Shown here piece after piece: positions 26,350 to 40,863 of a DNA stretch of 64,000 bases (positions within the stretch are counted from its first letter, which is position 1; each line of letters begins with the position of its first letter). The stretch comes from Octopus vulgaris (taxonomy: Eukaryota), in assembly GCA_951406725.2 (NCBI GenBank), contig OX597825.1:74772001-74836000 (forward strand). Direction: 5' to 3'. The position numbers were made by a program, and so were the translations under genes. The notes under the pieces were generated by a model. The model was not told where the DNA came from. It did not search any database and saw nothing but the letters and a program-made list of their open reading frames with translations.

Positions 26350-27060
26350 TCTGGACGACTTCAAATAATGCGCTGCAGAGAGCGCGCGGATTTACAAAAG
26401 AAATTATGAGATTCAGATTAGAAAAATGCACCAAGACTACTTTGATGTTAGTAAAAAGTAATTAAGAAACCTAATATCATACTACATAAAGAAACGAAGT
26501 ACGAGAATTACAACAAACACAAACACAAATACAAGAGAGGGTTCAACACACGCAAATGATTAAAAAAAATGCTGAGAAAGAATATTATAGATGCTGGGTG
26601 GTAGGGTGCATTTGCAACTAGAAAAACTATTATAAAATATCAACTGCGGGATTACGGAATATATAATATAATGGAAAAACTAATGCGAATATCAATAAAA
26701 CAAGAGCAAAATAAAGGAAAAAGCTGTTTCCTGTCTTTAAGGAAACTAACAGCTACAAATGGCGGCTGTAATGATAAACGGTTGTAGGGAAGAAAGAAAT
26801 TGATAGAAACTGCGAAAAATCTATAAACTGAGCGAAAATTGGGGCTGCGAGATGCTATACTAACTCGATAGCAAGAGCATTTCTTACGTGGTTAATACCT
26901 TAAAAAGTGAGCAAGTATGAAATAGATAAAAAAAAAAAACAGAAACCCACAACATTGACTGAAGACATGATTCAGAATCGAAACTAAACGATTCATAGTT
27001 GAGGTATAGGATTAAATCTTTTCCACTAGAAACCACTAAAAGCAAGTAATGAAGGCGAAT
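26350..27060 (+). mobile_element. Highly decayed Dong/R4-type LINE fragment
   Basis: GFTKEIMRFRLEKCTKTTL (cf. FSxDIxMxFGLxKC) and VQHTQM...RKEYYR, the same region as in the 14720-15612 copy. Confidence 0.6.
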
Positions 27061-27472
27061 TCAACAACTACAGAATATATATTCTCTCTTATCTTTTATT
27101 GTTTTTTTTTATACTTGTTTCGGCCATTGGACTGCGGCCATGCTGGGGCACTGTCTTAAAGGGTTGCTTTTAGTCGAACGAATCGAGTCCAGCATTTGTT
27201 TAAGTCTGGTACTTATTCTATCGATCTCTTCTTTTTTCTTTGCTTGAGGACGTAAGCAAACCAACACCGGTTGTCAAAGGAAAGTGAGGGACAAACACAG
27301 ACATAAATACATAAACACATCACAAATACGCACACACACACCACAAATACACGCCCCCTTTTATATATACAAACATATATACATATATATATATATACAC
27401 ACACGATGAGCTTCTTTACATTTCCGTCAACCAAATCCACAAGCCACTCACAAGGCTTTGGTCGACGCGGGG

Positions 27473-27525
<53 letters not shown>

Positions 27526-28504
27526 TCAATCGTCTGGCGAATAAATATACATACAACAGATTAAGCCTTACCTCCGATTTTGGTCAATATTTAAAGCTTT
27601 CCATCTGCTGACCATAATAAAATATAATGATAAACATAGATTTCTAACAAAGCCCAAGATTTTATATTGGATCTAGTTCTTGACTGGCACATCCTGCAGG
27701 TCTTTTATTTGACCCATGATAGTACTGAATGGGCCTATACGCATTGCAACAGTACTGAATGGGCCTATACGCATTGCAACTTAGAACGCAGCGAAATACC
27801 GCAAGACGTTTTGTCTGTCAATCTAACAAGCCTGTCAGTACCATCACCCTTTGTGAGACGTAAGATAATGTGCTTTGCAATACAATGAAAAGGAAAAATG
27901 AATTTCAGTTATTTAAAACCGCTTGAAATTAGAAACGTAGTTTGTTCCATTGTCTTAACTCAAATCTCTTCTCGTTCGGTTTAGCGCCTGAAGTGTTCTG
28001 TAATTGAAACAAGTATTAATAGTGTAATATTTCTGAATTTCTCTAGAAAAGAAAATTAGAAATAAAAGTGAACATAACATATCCTATATTTGATTATTCT
28101 AGCTCTTACATAATAGTGAATTCTAAAACATTGTATAAAAACATTATGATAAAGCAACAAAGCAACCTGAAAACTTTATTTTAAAATTGTTCATTTTTCC
28201 AATCCGATGAAACTGTATACCTTTCAGTTCTTATTATTTCTTCGCCATAACATGATTGATATCGATATCAATTTCTCGATTAGGGTGGTGAGCGAACAGA
28301 ATTGTTAGAGCGCCGGGAAAAAATATCTTGCGATGTTTCTTCCAGCTCTTTTACGTCTTGAGTTCAAATTCTGCTGGGGTTGACTTTGTCTTTCATTCTC
28401 GATAGAACAGTACCAGCTGAGTGCTTGACGCGATGTGGTCGATTTCCCCTCAAACTACCCTGCCTAAGAACCGAAATTTAATAGAATATATCAATCTCTC
28501 GATT

Positions 28505-28970
28505 ATGATGATGAACTGGCCGAATCGTTAGGAGATGGGGAATATCTTGCGGTATTTCTTCCGGATGAAGGCGGAGAGCTGGCAGAAACGTTAGCACGCC
28601 GGGCGAAATGCTTAACGGTATTTCGTCTGCGTTACGTTGTGAGTTCAAATTCCGCCGAGGTTGACTTTGCCTTTCATCCTTTCGGGGTCGATAAATTAAG
28701 TACCAGTTACGCACTGTGGTCGATGTAATCGACTTAATACCTATGTCTGTCCTTGTTTGTCCCCTCTATGTTTAGCCCCTTGTGGGTAGTAAAGAAATAG
28801 GTATTTCTTCCGGCTATTTACGTTTTGACTTCAAATCTCGCCGAGGTTAACTTTGCCTCTCGTCTTTCCGGGATCGGCAAAATAAAATACCAGTTACATG
28901 CTGAGGTCGAGAGTATTGACTAACGGCATCCCCTCAAAATTGCTGACCCTGTGCTTAAATTAGAAACAAT
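28505..28970 (+). mobile_element. Young Meta-domain SINE (28565-28799) nested in an older copy of its own family, 14-bp TSD
   Basis: GGTATTTCTTCCGG at 28551-28564 and 28800-28813. Confidence 0.88.
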
Positions 28971-29258
28971 ATCACTCTCTTAATACCTGCAACAACAGCA
29001 TAATCGTTAGTTCAACAACAAATTTTAAAGATATTTTCCCCGCGTATTAGGAACTGTAATAGGAACTGTATAGCGTCTGTGGCTCTTTTCGGGGACTTGA
29101 AGACTGATGAAAAAAAGGGCGGAATCGTAGACCGAATTCTTACAATCGGAGATCACTTGACAAAAGTCATTCAAGGTCAAACAGCAGTTTTAAACAGGGC
29201 GGTAAATCAAGTGTGCCACCATATATTTATATACATACATACATTCATACATGCATAC

Positions 29259-29331
<73 letters not shown>

Positions 29332-29345
29332 CATACATACATACA

Positions 29346-29379
<34 letters not shown>

Positions 29380-29521
29380 CATATATACACATATAGATAT
29401 GTATATACATATAGATATATATACATATATATATATATAAATACATTCATACATATATACATACATATATACATACAAACGTACGTACGTACGTACATAC
29501 ATACATACATACATACATACA

Positions 29522-29555
<34 letters not shown>

Positions 29556-30158
29556 CATACATATATACACATATAGATATGTATATACATATAGATATAT
29601 ATACATATATATATATAAATACATTCATACATATATACATACATATATACATACAAACGTACGTACGTACGTACATACATACATACATATATAAAGTACA
29701 GTAAAGTGACTACAAGAAACTTCTAGAAATAATTGAACTCTACGCTTTTGTACTTTTAACATAGGTGTGTGTCCGAGTAAAGATATGTCAGCCTGTGAAC
29801 CTCTGTGCATGAATATAAGCGGTTGTGTATAGCCATGTATGCATGCGTGTATTTATGAAGAAAGGGGCGCTTATCAATGTAGAAAGATATCGCTAAAGTG
29901 TATTTAATAATCTTCTCAGCTGTACAATAACTTTTTTTTTTTGCTCTCCAATCAGACATCTATATAGATCTTTGCTTCGAATCTTTATCAGTTTCACTGC
30001 CGTAATCCTACGATTTTGGTAAAATGATTCTATTGACTGAACGGAGGATTAACTCTAAAAATGAACTCATTTGATTAATTACTGACGTCAATACAATAAA
30101 CATTGAAGCAGAGAGGAACATTGTTATAGTAAGGACATATACATGTGTGTGTGTGAAC

Positions 30159-30191
<33 letters not shown>

Positions 30192-30193
30192 AG

Positions 30194-30249
<56 letters not shown>

Positions 30250-30277
30250 ATAATACACACACACACACACATATATA

Positions 30278-30348
<71 letters not shown>

Positions 30349-30715
30349 GTATATATATATATGTGTGTATTATGTATATTTATGTATATATGTATATGTA
30401 TATGTGTTATGCATTAAATAATGTTTAATACATATATACATATATGTGTGTATGTTCGTATGTGTATTTGTATGTACATATTATGTATGTATGTATGTAT
30501 GTATGTATTAAGCAATATTTTATGCGTAATATACTGTAAATCAGAAAAACTCATATAAACTTAAATATTAATCTTACTATATATTACTATATATTAAATT
30601 TTTATCTAGTTTCAGCTCACGAGCTGTGGCCATGCTGGGGAACCGCCATTTGGTGTTGCTACATGATTTTACTTCACGAATGCTTTTTATATGTTTGTAA
30701 ATTAATATACATTTG

Positions 30716-30772
<57 letters not shown>

Positions 30773-31253
30773 CATACTTGCATACATACATATAATTATT
30801 AACATCAAAACCACAACTAGGAACTCTCACATTGATGATAAAGTCTGCTCCTAATTCGTGTTCTAAGATGTCGACTTTTACTCATGCGATGTTGAAGCGT
30901 GAGGATTGGCTCACGTGTCATAATACGACATCAACAGTATTTACATAGAATTGTTTTCCTATTTGCTTGACACACTACTATGTGTTTTCATTTAGTACAA
31001 TTTAATAATTCAGCAGAAAGGTTAATGCATTATTCATGAGTCTGAAACATTGATCAACTACATGTTTGCATATTTCGTATGATCAGTAAATATGAAACTG
31101 CATAGAGAAAGTGGAAGATTTTTGGCTCAGTCCGATACCAATGATGCCTATGGGCTCTTCTGAATATACATGCTGAAATACAAATATGTGTATCTCTGCA
31201 CGTGTACGTGCGTGTGTGTGAGTGAGTGCATATATAAGTATGTGTGTATTTTA

Positions 31254-31318
<65 letters not shown>

Positions 31319-31476
31319 CTTGCGTGTGTATATGTATAAAATCAAAATAAGCAACAGGATATCAAGTAGTAATGCAGTACGACCGTTTCAAGCGGCTCCA
31401 TTTAATTGAACAATGCAGTCATTAGATCAATGTAAATTCAATGTCATATATATATATACATATATAGGGATCTTTA

Positions 31477-31527
<51 letters not shown>

Positions 31528-31534
31528 ATCTTTA

Positions 31535-31596
<62 letters not shown>

Positions 31597-31598
<2 letters not shown>

Positions 31599-31935
31599 TA
31601 AAGATCCCTTCCGGTCATGAATGACCACGGGTTTGCATATAGAAAGTTCCTCTCCAAGTACAAGTCCGGGCAAGACTGTTTATGGAAAACCAGCTGTTGC
31701 CATGCATACTAGCTTCCCTTCTCCACGCCACTGATGTTATCCAAGGGAAAGGCAAAGGCCGATACAGTTTGGCACCAGTGGCCTCGTAACTCATCTCTGC
31801 AACTGAGTGAAATGGGGCAACATGAAATAAAGTGTCTTGCTCAAGAGCTCAACACTTAGCCCGATCCGGATATCGAAATCACTACCTCATCATTATGAGC
31901 CCGATACTCTAACCACTGAGCCATGCGCCTTCACC
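31597..31935 (-). mobile_element. tRNA-Arg(ACG)-like SINE
   Basis: Reverse complement of the 25561 family. Confidence 0.8.
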
Positions 31936-31993
31936 TTTGCACACACACACACAAACACACACACACATACACACACACACACGCACGCACACA

Positions 31994-32226
31994 TTTCTTT
32001 ATTGCCCACAGGGGGACAAACAAGGACAGACAAAGGGATTAAGTCGATTACATCAATTAAATAAGTACCGGTTTCGCCCCTAGTGCGTAACTGGTACTTA
32101 TTTAATTGACACCGAAAGGTGATAGGCAAAGTCGACTTCGGTGGAATTTGAACTCAGAACGATACGGCAGACGAAATGCTGCTAAACACTTCGCTCGGCG
32201 TGCTAACGATTCTGCCAGCTCGCCGA
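31994..32226 (-). mobile_element. Meta-domain SINE
   Basis: Reverse complement of the 53056 family. Confidence 0.8.
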
Positions 32227-32229
32227 CTT

Positions 32230-32416
<187 letters not shown>

Positions 32417-32892
32417 CTAAAAGCTTCAGTCCCACGGTACAAGAAGAAGTACTTGTGCATAAAGTGCCACTTAGTGAGATCGAACCTTGAATCACTATAT
32501 ATATATATATATATGCGGCAATGCCTATAGCAAACTATATATATATATATATATTTACATATATATATATATCAATAGTGATTGGATACCAACTGTCTAA
32601 CTTTCAGCTATTATTTTCATATCGTATTAGCAATGATACGACACGATCTCAGCTTGTAGTTTGATATCGTATCAGCTAAGCTCGCTGCAATTCCATTCCT
32701 CGAGTCTAAATTATCGTTCTTAATTACAATATCCTCTAATTTACTTCAAAGGACTCTTTCCTGTATCCAACTGAATAATTTTCGACCACATACAATAAAA
32801 CCTTTTGGTCATTAACAAGATTCATTGAAATTCTCACTAAATTCTCACTAAATATAAACGTCTTTGTATGTAGATGAAGGTCAAAAATGATA

Positions 32893-32945
<53 letters not shown>

Positions 32946-32967
32946 GTTGTTATTATTATTATTATTA

Positions 32968-33058
<91 letters not shown>

Positions 33059-33081
33059 CATTATTATTATTATTATTGTTA

Positions 33082-33151
<70 letters not shown>

Positions 33152-33153
33152 TA
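32893..33153. repeat. (ATT)n microsatellite
   Basis: Direct reading. Confidence 0.95.
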
Positions 33154-34119
33154 CATAAGAAAATGAACTTCAAAAGAAGCGAAATCACGTTCCAACAAAA
33201 TGCTCATATCATATGCAACTCTGTTATCGCTCAGAGCCCATATTTAATTATTATTATCATTTAACACGTGAAGGTGGTGCAGTGCCGTTAGCCTTTTGTA
33301 TTTGCTATATTATAAAGATAACAATCGAGCGAAGTATAATGTAGTTAATATTCAGATTTAGTTTTTTTAATGTCAACGGTTGAGAGTTCAAATGAGCTAC
33401 AGGATTCACTGGCGTACTCTTTATAGAGTCTGGGGCAGTCTTGAGCAAATTGCGGCCCGCTAGACTTTCTGAGAGGCAACCAACGAAAAATTGATTTGAA
33501 TTATTGATGGTGGTGTGTTTACGTCCCCGTAACTTAGCGGTTCGGCAAAGGAGACCGATAGAATAAGTACTAGGCTTACAAAGAATAATTCCTGGTGTCG
33601 ATTTGATCGACTAAAAGGCGGTGCTCCAGCATGGCCACAGTCAAATAACTGAAACAAGTAAACGATTAAAGAGTATATATAATACATATGAACGACGGGC
33701 TTCTACACGCTTTCCATGTACGAAACAAACATAGATAGTCATCAGAGCATTGGTCGGCCCCGGGCCCAACATACCGTGCGGTGGAACTCCACCCGGAACC
33801 ATGTATGTGGTTGCAAAGGGAGCTTCTTAACCACACAGCCAATGCCTGCGTCTGTGTTGGACACTTGAAGAGGAATAAATATAACAAAAAAAAATGGGAA
33901 AATGAAAAACAAGAGAAAAGAAAAAAAAACTGATCCCAGTCAGGGTCTTTAGCAAGTCTGAAGGTTATATTTATCCATCTAAGACATTCTCACCTTAAAG
34001 ATGTCCTTGTAAAGTGATTAACAATGCGCTGTTTAACAAGCAACCTGAAAGTACAGAAGAAAAATCAAAAGGAACAAAACACACCACTTCCTCTATCTAT
34101 CTATCTATCTATCTATCTG

Positions 34120-34178
<59 letters not shown>

Positions 34179-34865
34179 ATCTGTCTATCTATCTATCTAT
34201 CTATCTATCTATGTATCTATCTATTTATTTATCTATCTGTCTGTCTGCCTATCTGTCTATCTAACTATCTATCTATCTATTTATCTATTTATCTATCTAT
34301 CTATTTATCTATCTCTCTATCTATTTATTTGTCTATCTATCTGTTTATCTATCTACCTATTTATTTCACTATCTATCTATCTATCTGTCTATTTATCTAT
34401 CTATTTGACCCCTTCCTCTTCCGCTTTTCCTTATATTCTGTGCTTTGGGAATTGGGGGGTAAAGTAGACTTATCTTGTGCAAACTTGTGACAGACACTTG
34501 CTATTTACGAAGCCTTAAGGCAAAACCACCCACACTCACTGCTCGCCATACTGCGGTTATATGTGTGCATGTAAGAATGTCTGTCGGCGTGTGAGTGTGT
34601 GCGCATGTGTGCTTGTATGTGTGTGTGGTGGTGCGTGTGTGTAGTGCGTGTGTGTGATGATGAGACAATGTGCAAGAGTGTGTATATTCATTGTTTGTTT
34701 CTTTTAGTGTGAAGACATGTATGTATGTATGCAAGCTTGTATGTATATATACACATATACATACACAAATGCCTCTATCTGTGTACATATATATCTATAT
34801 ATAGAGAGAGAGAGAGATACATATATACATATATGTATATACATATACGTATGTATACACATACA

Positions 34866-34954
<89 letters not shown>

Positions 34955-34987
34955 AGGACAGACAGACAGACGGACAGACAGACACAG

Positions 34988-35024
<37 letters not shown>

Positions 35025-35069
35025 TATGTGTGTGTTTGTATGTGGAAACATGCATATGTGTATACATAC

Positions 35070-35123
<54 letters not shown>

Positions 35124-35644
35124 GTGAAAGCAATATTGTGATAATGTCAAATGTGTATGTGTGTGGTTATGTGTTAAATTATATTTGTTTGGGCTTCGTT
35201 ACTATGAGTCAGTGTGTGTGTGTATGTGTGTACATGCGTGTACGTGCGCTCGGGATGTGTATACGTTTCCTAAGTGGAGTGTGTTTGCTTGAGTGGATGG
35301 ATGTGTATGCGTGTGAGACCATTTGATGTCGCCGTATGCGCGTACGGGTTGCTTGAGGGTGGCATTGATATCGCTTTACTTAGGTCAACACTCATCATTA
35401 TCATCATTATTAAATTGTGCTTGTGAACGTGACCATCACGTTTCTGGCGTCCAACTGGGAGTACATTAGCTAATGTGTCCTTCGCATTTTTTAGACTATA
35501 GCATGTAATGTGAGGGAGATTTGGATCGTGTAGTAATGTGTGCGCTCGTGTGAGTAATTGTACGGGTATGTATCCAATGTGTGTTTCCTTTTTGGTGTAA
35601 AATACAAGATGGCGTCCAATCATTGTCGTTCACTTTGCTATCTC

Positions 35645-35832
35645 TCTCTTTTACTCTTTTTAACTCTTTTACTTGTTTCAGTTATTTGACTGCGGCCATG
35701 CTGGAGTACCGCCTTTAGTCGAGCAAATCGACCCCAGGACTTATTCTTTGTAAGCCTAGTACTTATTGTATCGGTCTCTTTCGGTTGTCAAGCGATGTTG
35801 GGGGGGGGACAAGCACAGACACACAAACATAT

Positions 35833-35874
<42 letters not shown>

Positions 35875-35982
35875 GCCGGGCTATATTAGAAGACACTTGC
35901 CCAAGGTGCCACGCAGTGGGACTAAATGGGGAACCATGTGGTTGGTAAGCAAGTTACTTACCACACAGCCACTCCTGCGCCT
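35645..35982 (-). mobile_element. Microsatellite-bearing SINE with internal deletions
   Basis: Same head and (AAAAGAGT)n tail as 54008-54422. Confidence 0.8.
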
Positions 35983-36059
35983 ATATATATATTATCATGT
36001 CATTTCCTTACTGAAATAGCTAAGGTTGCTCGTGGTAAAGATGATACGGTAGGATCAAA

Positions 36060-36245
36060 GATTACATGCCTTGAAACCATATGTAAGTCAATGTTTTAGA
36101 TCCGAAAAGACACTGTGAACTACACTAACGAGTTTCTCAACAGCCTGGACTGGTTCTTTAGGTGAGACTCCAGGAGAGCTATTTCACGTTCTCATACAAT
36201 TATTCTTTGCAAGAACTTAGATGCTCCACCTTCGTGCATAGTTTG
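36060..36245 (+). mobile_element. Helitron Pif1-like helicase remnant
   Basis: DTVNYTNEFLNSLD...IILCKNLDAPPSC matches the YPxEFLNSL...LLRNLD..LCNGT region of Helitron helicases; in-frame stop. Confidence 0.6.
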
Positions 36246-36282
36246 CTATGTCTAGCACCACCCTACATAACTGTTAGTTAGA

Positions 36283-36404
<122 letters not shown>

Positions 36405-36671
36405 TATTGATGGAGGATTGATGAATGAATGGATGGATGGATGGATGGATGGATGGATGGATGGATGGAGGGAGGGAGGGAGGGAGGGAGGGAGGGAGGG
36501 AGGGAGGGATGGATGGAGGGAGGGAGGGATGGATGGAGGGATGGATGGATACAGAGGCATATATGCATTTTATACATATAACTACATTGTCATATATACA
36601 GCAATCTATAACTCTCTTTCACTTTCTTTCTCTTTCTCTCTTTCTCTCTTTCTCTCTATCTCGCTCTGTCT

Positions 36672-36703
<32 letters not shown>

Positions 36704-37847
36704 TACTATATATATATATATTATATATATTTATTTATATTATATGTATATATTTCTTAATGTTTGCTTTAATGTCAAGTTATGTATATAAGCAATTGGA
36801 CATTAAACCGAAGGATTACCCAATACTTTTTAGTAAAGTACATATTTATTTAATTTTACAAGGGAAAAATCGACAGTGACTTTGAAGTTTCGGTTGGCTC
36901 GCCGTCAGCATTACCAAGAGATGAAAAAAAAGGTTCATTATTACATAATTTTATCTGTCCACAAATGTTTAGTCATCATCCATTTGCTTTGTCGTTTGTA
37001 ATGCAAAATGGCTACTTTGGTTGTAGAAGGAAACCATATTCGATAGTAAAGTCATAATAGCAGCTTCTGTGACGCAAACGAACATGCTTTTCAGTTATTT
37101 TCAAACTCAAAAAATAAAGGAAAAATAGAGAACAGCTAAGAATATAATTAATCAAACGGAGTTAGTAGCTGCACAATAAAAAGCGCAAGAAATAAAAAGT
37201 CGAAAACATCAATTTTAATGGGAACGCAGACGACACAAAATGTACAAACGACAATGGCAATGGCGACTGGACTAAATTTCATCTTTTGCAAACGTTGTGG
37301 ATTATAAAAAGCTTATCAATATGAGTTAGTCTAAAGAAAAAGCGATGTTTCAACAAAAAAAAACAGTGGTTCAATGTATATGTACTCATTTTTTTCCCTT
37401 TATTAAGCCTGACACTTATTGTATCGTTCTCCTGAGGCAGAACAGCTAAGTTATGGAGATATAAACAAACCAACACCAATTGTCGAGCAGTGGTGGTGAA
37501 CAAATACCTACACAAACTCACACACCCGTCAATCAAATTAACTCACAAGGCTTTGGTTGGCCCGAGGATCTTAATAGAAGACACTTACTTAAGGTGCCAC
37601 GCTGTGGGACTGAACTCGGAACCGTGTGGTTGGAAAACAAACCTCTTACCACACAGCGTCACCTGCGCCTAATCTGTGGACATTAATCTGAAACAATTAG
37701 CCATTATTCAAAGCAAATGAGGACAGTGGGTTGTCAGAATTGTTAGAACATCGAATAAAATACCTTGCACTATGAGTTTCAACTTCTTAAGTTCTGGGTT
37801 CAAATCATGCTGAAACCAAATAGTACTTATGGGGGGGTACTAGTACT

Positions 37848-38280
37848 TAGGCGTAGGAGTGGTTGTGTGGTAAGTAGCTTGCTTGTAAACCATATGGTTC
37901 CGGGTTCAGTCCTACTATAGCCTCGGGCTGATCAAAGCCTTGTGAGTGAATTTGGTAGACGGAAACTGAAAGAAGCCCGTCGTATATATGTATGTATGTA
38001 TGTATATGTATGTATGTATGTATACATGTATGTATGTATGTATGTATGTATGCATGTATGTATGTGTGTATGTGTGTCTGTGTTTGTGCCCCCAACATCA
38101 CTTGACAACCTATGCTGGTGTGTTTACGTCCTCGTAACATAGCGATTCGGCAAAAGAGAACGATAGAATAAGTACTAGGCTTATAAAGAATAAGTCCTGG
38201 GGTCGATTTGCTCGACTAAAGGCATTGCTCCGGCATGGCCACAGTCAAATGACTGAAACAAGTAAAAGAGTAAAAGAGTA
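37848..38280 (+). mobile_element. Microsatellite-bearing SINE
   Basis: tRNA-like head, internal (TATG)n, tail CAGTCAAATGACTGAAACAAGTAAAAGAGTAAAAGAG. Confidence 0.88.
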
Positions 38281-38779
38281 ACATATTCTCCTCTCTTATG
38301 GCAGCGGTCCTTCAGTTTTTCTAAGCCCTGTAAAAGAACTCGGAAGTGTGGGCTTCCAACCTGGCCTTTCTCCATACCCTTAAAGTGAGGAACTTTTCAG
38401 CACCACCTCTTATTTTATCGACCCCGGAAGTATGAAAGGTAAAGTCGACCTCAGTGAAATTTGAACCAAGAACGTAAAGAACCGGAAGAAATGCGAAGAA
38501 ATGCCGCTAAGCATTTCGATGAAAAGTGATGAAAGGAGTTGTTAGAAAACGATAAAAGTTCATTTAAACTGATACAGGAATGGCTTCAAATGGCTACATG
38601 GGTGAAGGCAATACTATTGTAAAGTCCACATATGTGTACAAGATTGGTTGGTTGTACTATTCCATTCAATCCCTAAAGCTATGCTTTTTTTCATCATTAC
38701 TCAAACCTTTTATTTGTCAAATGACTTTTGTATGTTTTAATTTCTGTATACAATATAATGCCTGTGCCGCCACCATCAA

Positions 38780-38815
38780 CTACCACCATCACCACCACCA
38801 CTATGCTATCTACTT

Positions 38816-38868
<53 letters not shown>

Positions 38869-38905
38869 GCTACTACTACAACTACTACTACTACTACTAC
38901 AACTT

Positions 38906-38942
<37 letters not shown>
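38780..38942. repeat. (ACC)n/(ACT)n microsatellite
   Basis: Direct reading. Confidence 0.95.
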
Positions 38943-39662
38943 CGCGGACAAACAGAAACATATCAATAAAACAGTAATGTTATATTTTGTGTTAATTCTT
39001 TTAATTCTTTCGTTTATTTTCTTTTATTTCTTGGTCTTCAATTTCCTGGAGTTTATTTTCTGAAAAATAAAAATTCATTGACTGCGAAAACGTAAATCAA
39101 TTAAAAAAAGATCATTAAAAAAAAAAAGGTGGGGGTCATAGACTATATTTTTTTCTATATAGATTTGTAATAACAATTATAAGTATTTCTACTTTTCTAG
39201 TAACTAACTTCTTCCATGGAACGCTTCTCTGGAACGTTTCCAAACGACGCATGCTCTATGCTCTATCAATCTGATTCATTAAAACTTTCTAATTTAAAGC
39301 AAACGTAATACGGCGAAAGAGGAGAAAAATAAACAAGTGAGTATTTTGATATTAGTGTTACGGTTGTTTATTTACGTTTTACCCTTGAGGGCCGAGGAAT
39401 GACGATAAAACAAACAGTGGGAGACTTCTTAGAGCTAGTTCTACACTTATTAGCCTCATACAAACAATTTGCTCTACAGTTATTTCTGACAATCGTTAAA
39501 AGCCGGATCGATAGCCACCAATAAAGAGGTATGCTGATGTGTTGGTATGTTGGTATATTTAGAACAGGGCGATCTATATGCGATACATACATACATACAT
39601 ACATACATATGTGCGTACATACGTGCGTACGTGCGTTCGCACATATATACATAAATCCGTAC

Positions 39663-39761
<99 letters not shown>

Positions 39762-40132
39762 TTGCAATAAGAAAATGGAGGGGATCAGTAGGTGGTTCAT
39801 CAACTTTTAGACATTATATTATGTTAAATTATTTATTTATTTACTAAACTGTTAATTACAATAATATACATACATGTATAACATATTATGTTTTACATAT
39901 AAGATATAAAATATATCAACATTTAAGGATACCAGTAATTATTATAAAATAACATACATGAATATAAATTGGGAGGATAACAGCTGTTTCAGCCAAGAGG
40001 TAAAAATACCTCATCCTACTTTTATTACTCAAGTAGACTGAAGTAAGTATTAATATATAATATAATATAATACATATGTATATACTCATATATATTTATA
40101 CATATACATATATATACATATATACAATTACA

Positions 40133-40163
<31 letters not shown>

Positions 40164-40164
40164 A

Positions 40165-40383
40165 CAGTATGCGGTAGAAGTAACACCCTTTTGTATCTGA
40201 GTTTTCTAGTTTTTAATTGAGTTTCTTTTTATTTCCTAAAACTTATGCGATTTTTTTTTGTATTAGTTTATTATTCATTTCTTTAAGTAATGCAATAAAT
40301 TTATGTTCAATAAAAAAATGATTTAATAAACATTCATATACTATAAAAGTTATTAAATGCAAAAAGAGCGTTACTTCTGCCCC

Positions 40384-40389
<6 letters not shown>
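40165..40389. mobile_element. Tc1/mariner-type MITE
   Basis: Imperfect TIRs ..AGAAGTAACACCCTTTTG / CAAAAAGAGCGTTACTTCT.., TA on both flanks. Confidence 0.65.
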
Positions 40390-40435
<46 letters not shown>

Positions 40436-40820
40436 AGAAGAATTCACAAGAAAACAAAAGACGAAGACAAGTGGTGTAGACAACAAACAGATGTATTAGT
40501 TTAACGCTCGGGAAGTGAAGAAGTCTTTAACGTTTCGACTCTACACTCTTCCACAGAAAGGAACACAGAAAGAAACAAGGAGAGAAAATAAGAATGTGTA
40601 GTGACTAGTGATCTATCATGGCGAATGCTGGACAGAGAGGTCACAAAGGAGAGCTAGGAAGAAGGGAAGATAATAAAGTAGTGGTGATCCCAAAACGAAG
40701 GTGCTCGTGCGTGTGTATAAGAGTAATAGTAAGACAACAAGAGAAAGAAAGAGACTTCGATATTATGTAAATAGAGAAATTTATCTGTAATATAATATGT
40801 GACAATTATTCGGCTGCCAT

Positions 40821-40863
40821 AATAAAACTCCGAGTTTTGGATATCGGCATCTCTTCAGTTATC
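40821..40863 (-). ncRNA. Near-complete type I hammerhead with G12 lost
   Basis: Minus strand GAUAA CUGAAGA GAUG-CCGA-UAUC C AAAAC-UCGGA-GUU UUAUU: stems I-III present, GAAA reads AAAA. Confidence 0.55.

Noticed and set aside
29104-29140. CTGATGA core
   Set aside because: No stem II or GAAA partner.
35604-35622. CAAGATGGCG + CCAAT promoter motifs
   Set aside because: Short motifs between repeats with no associated gene.
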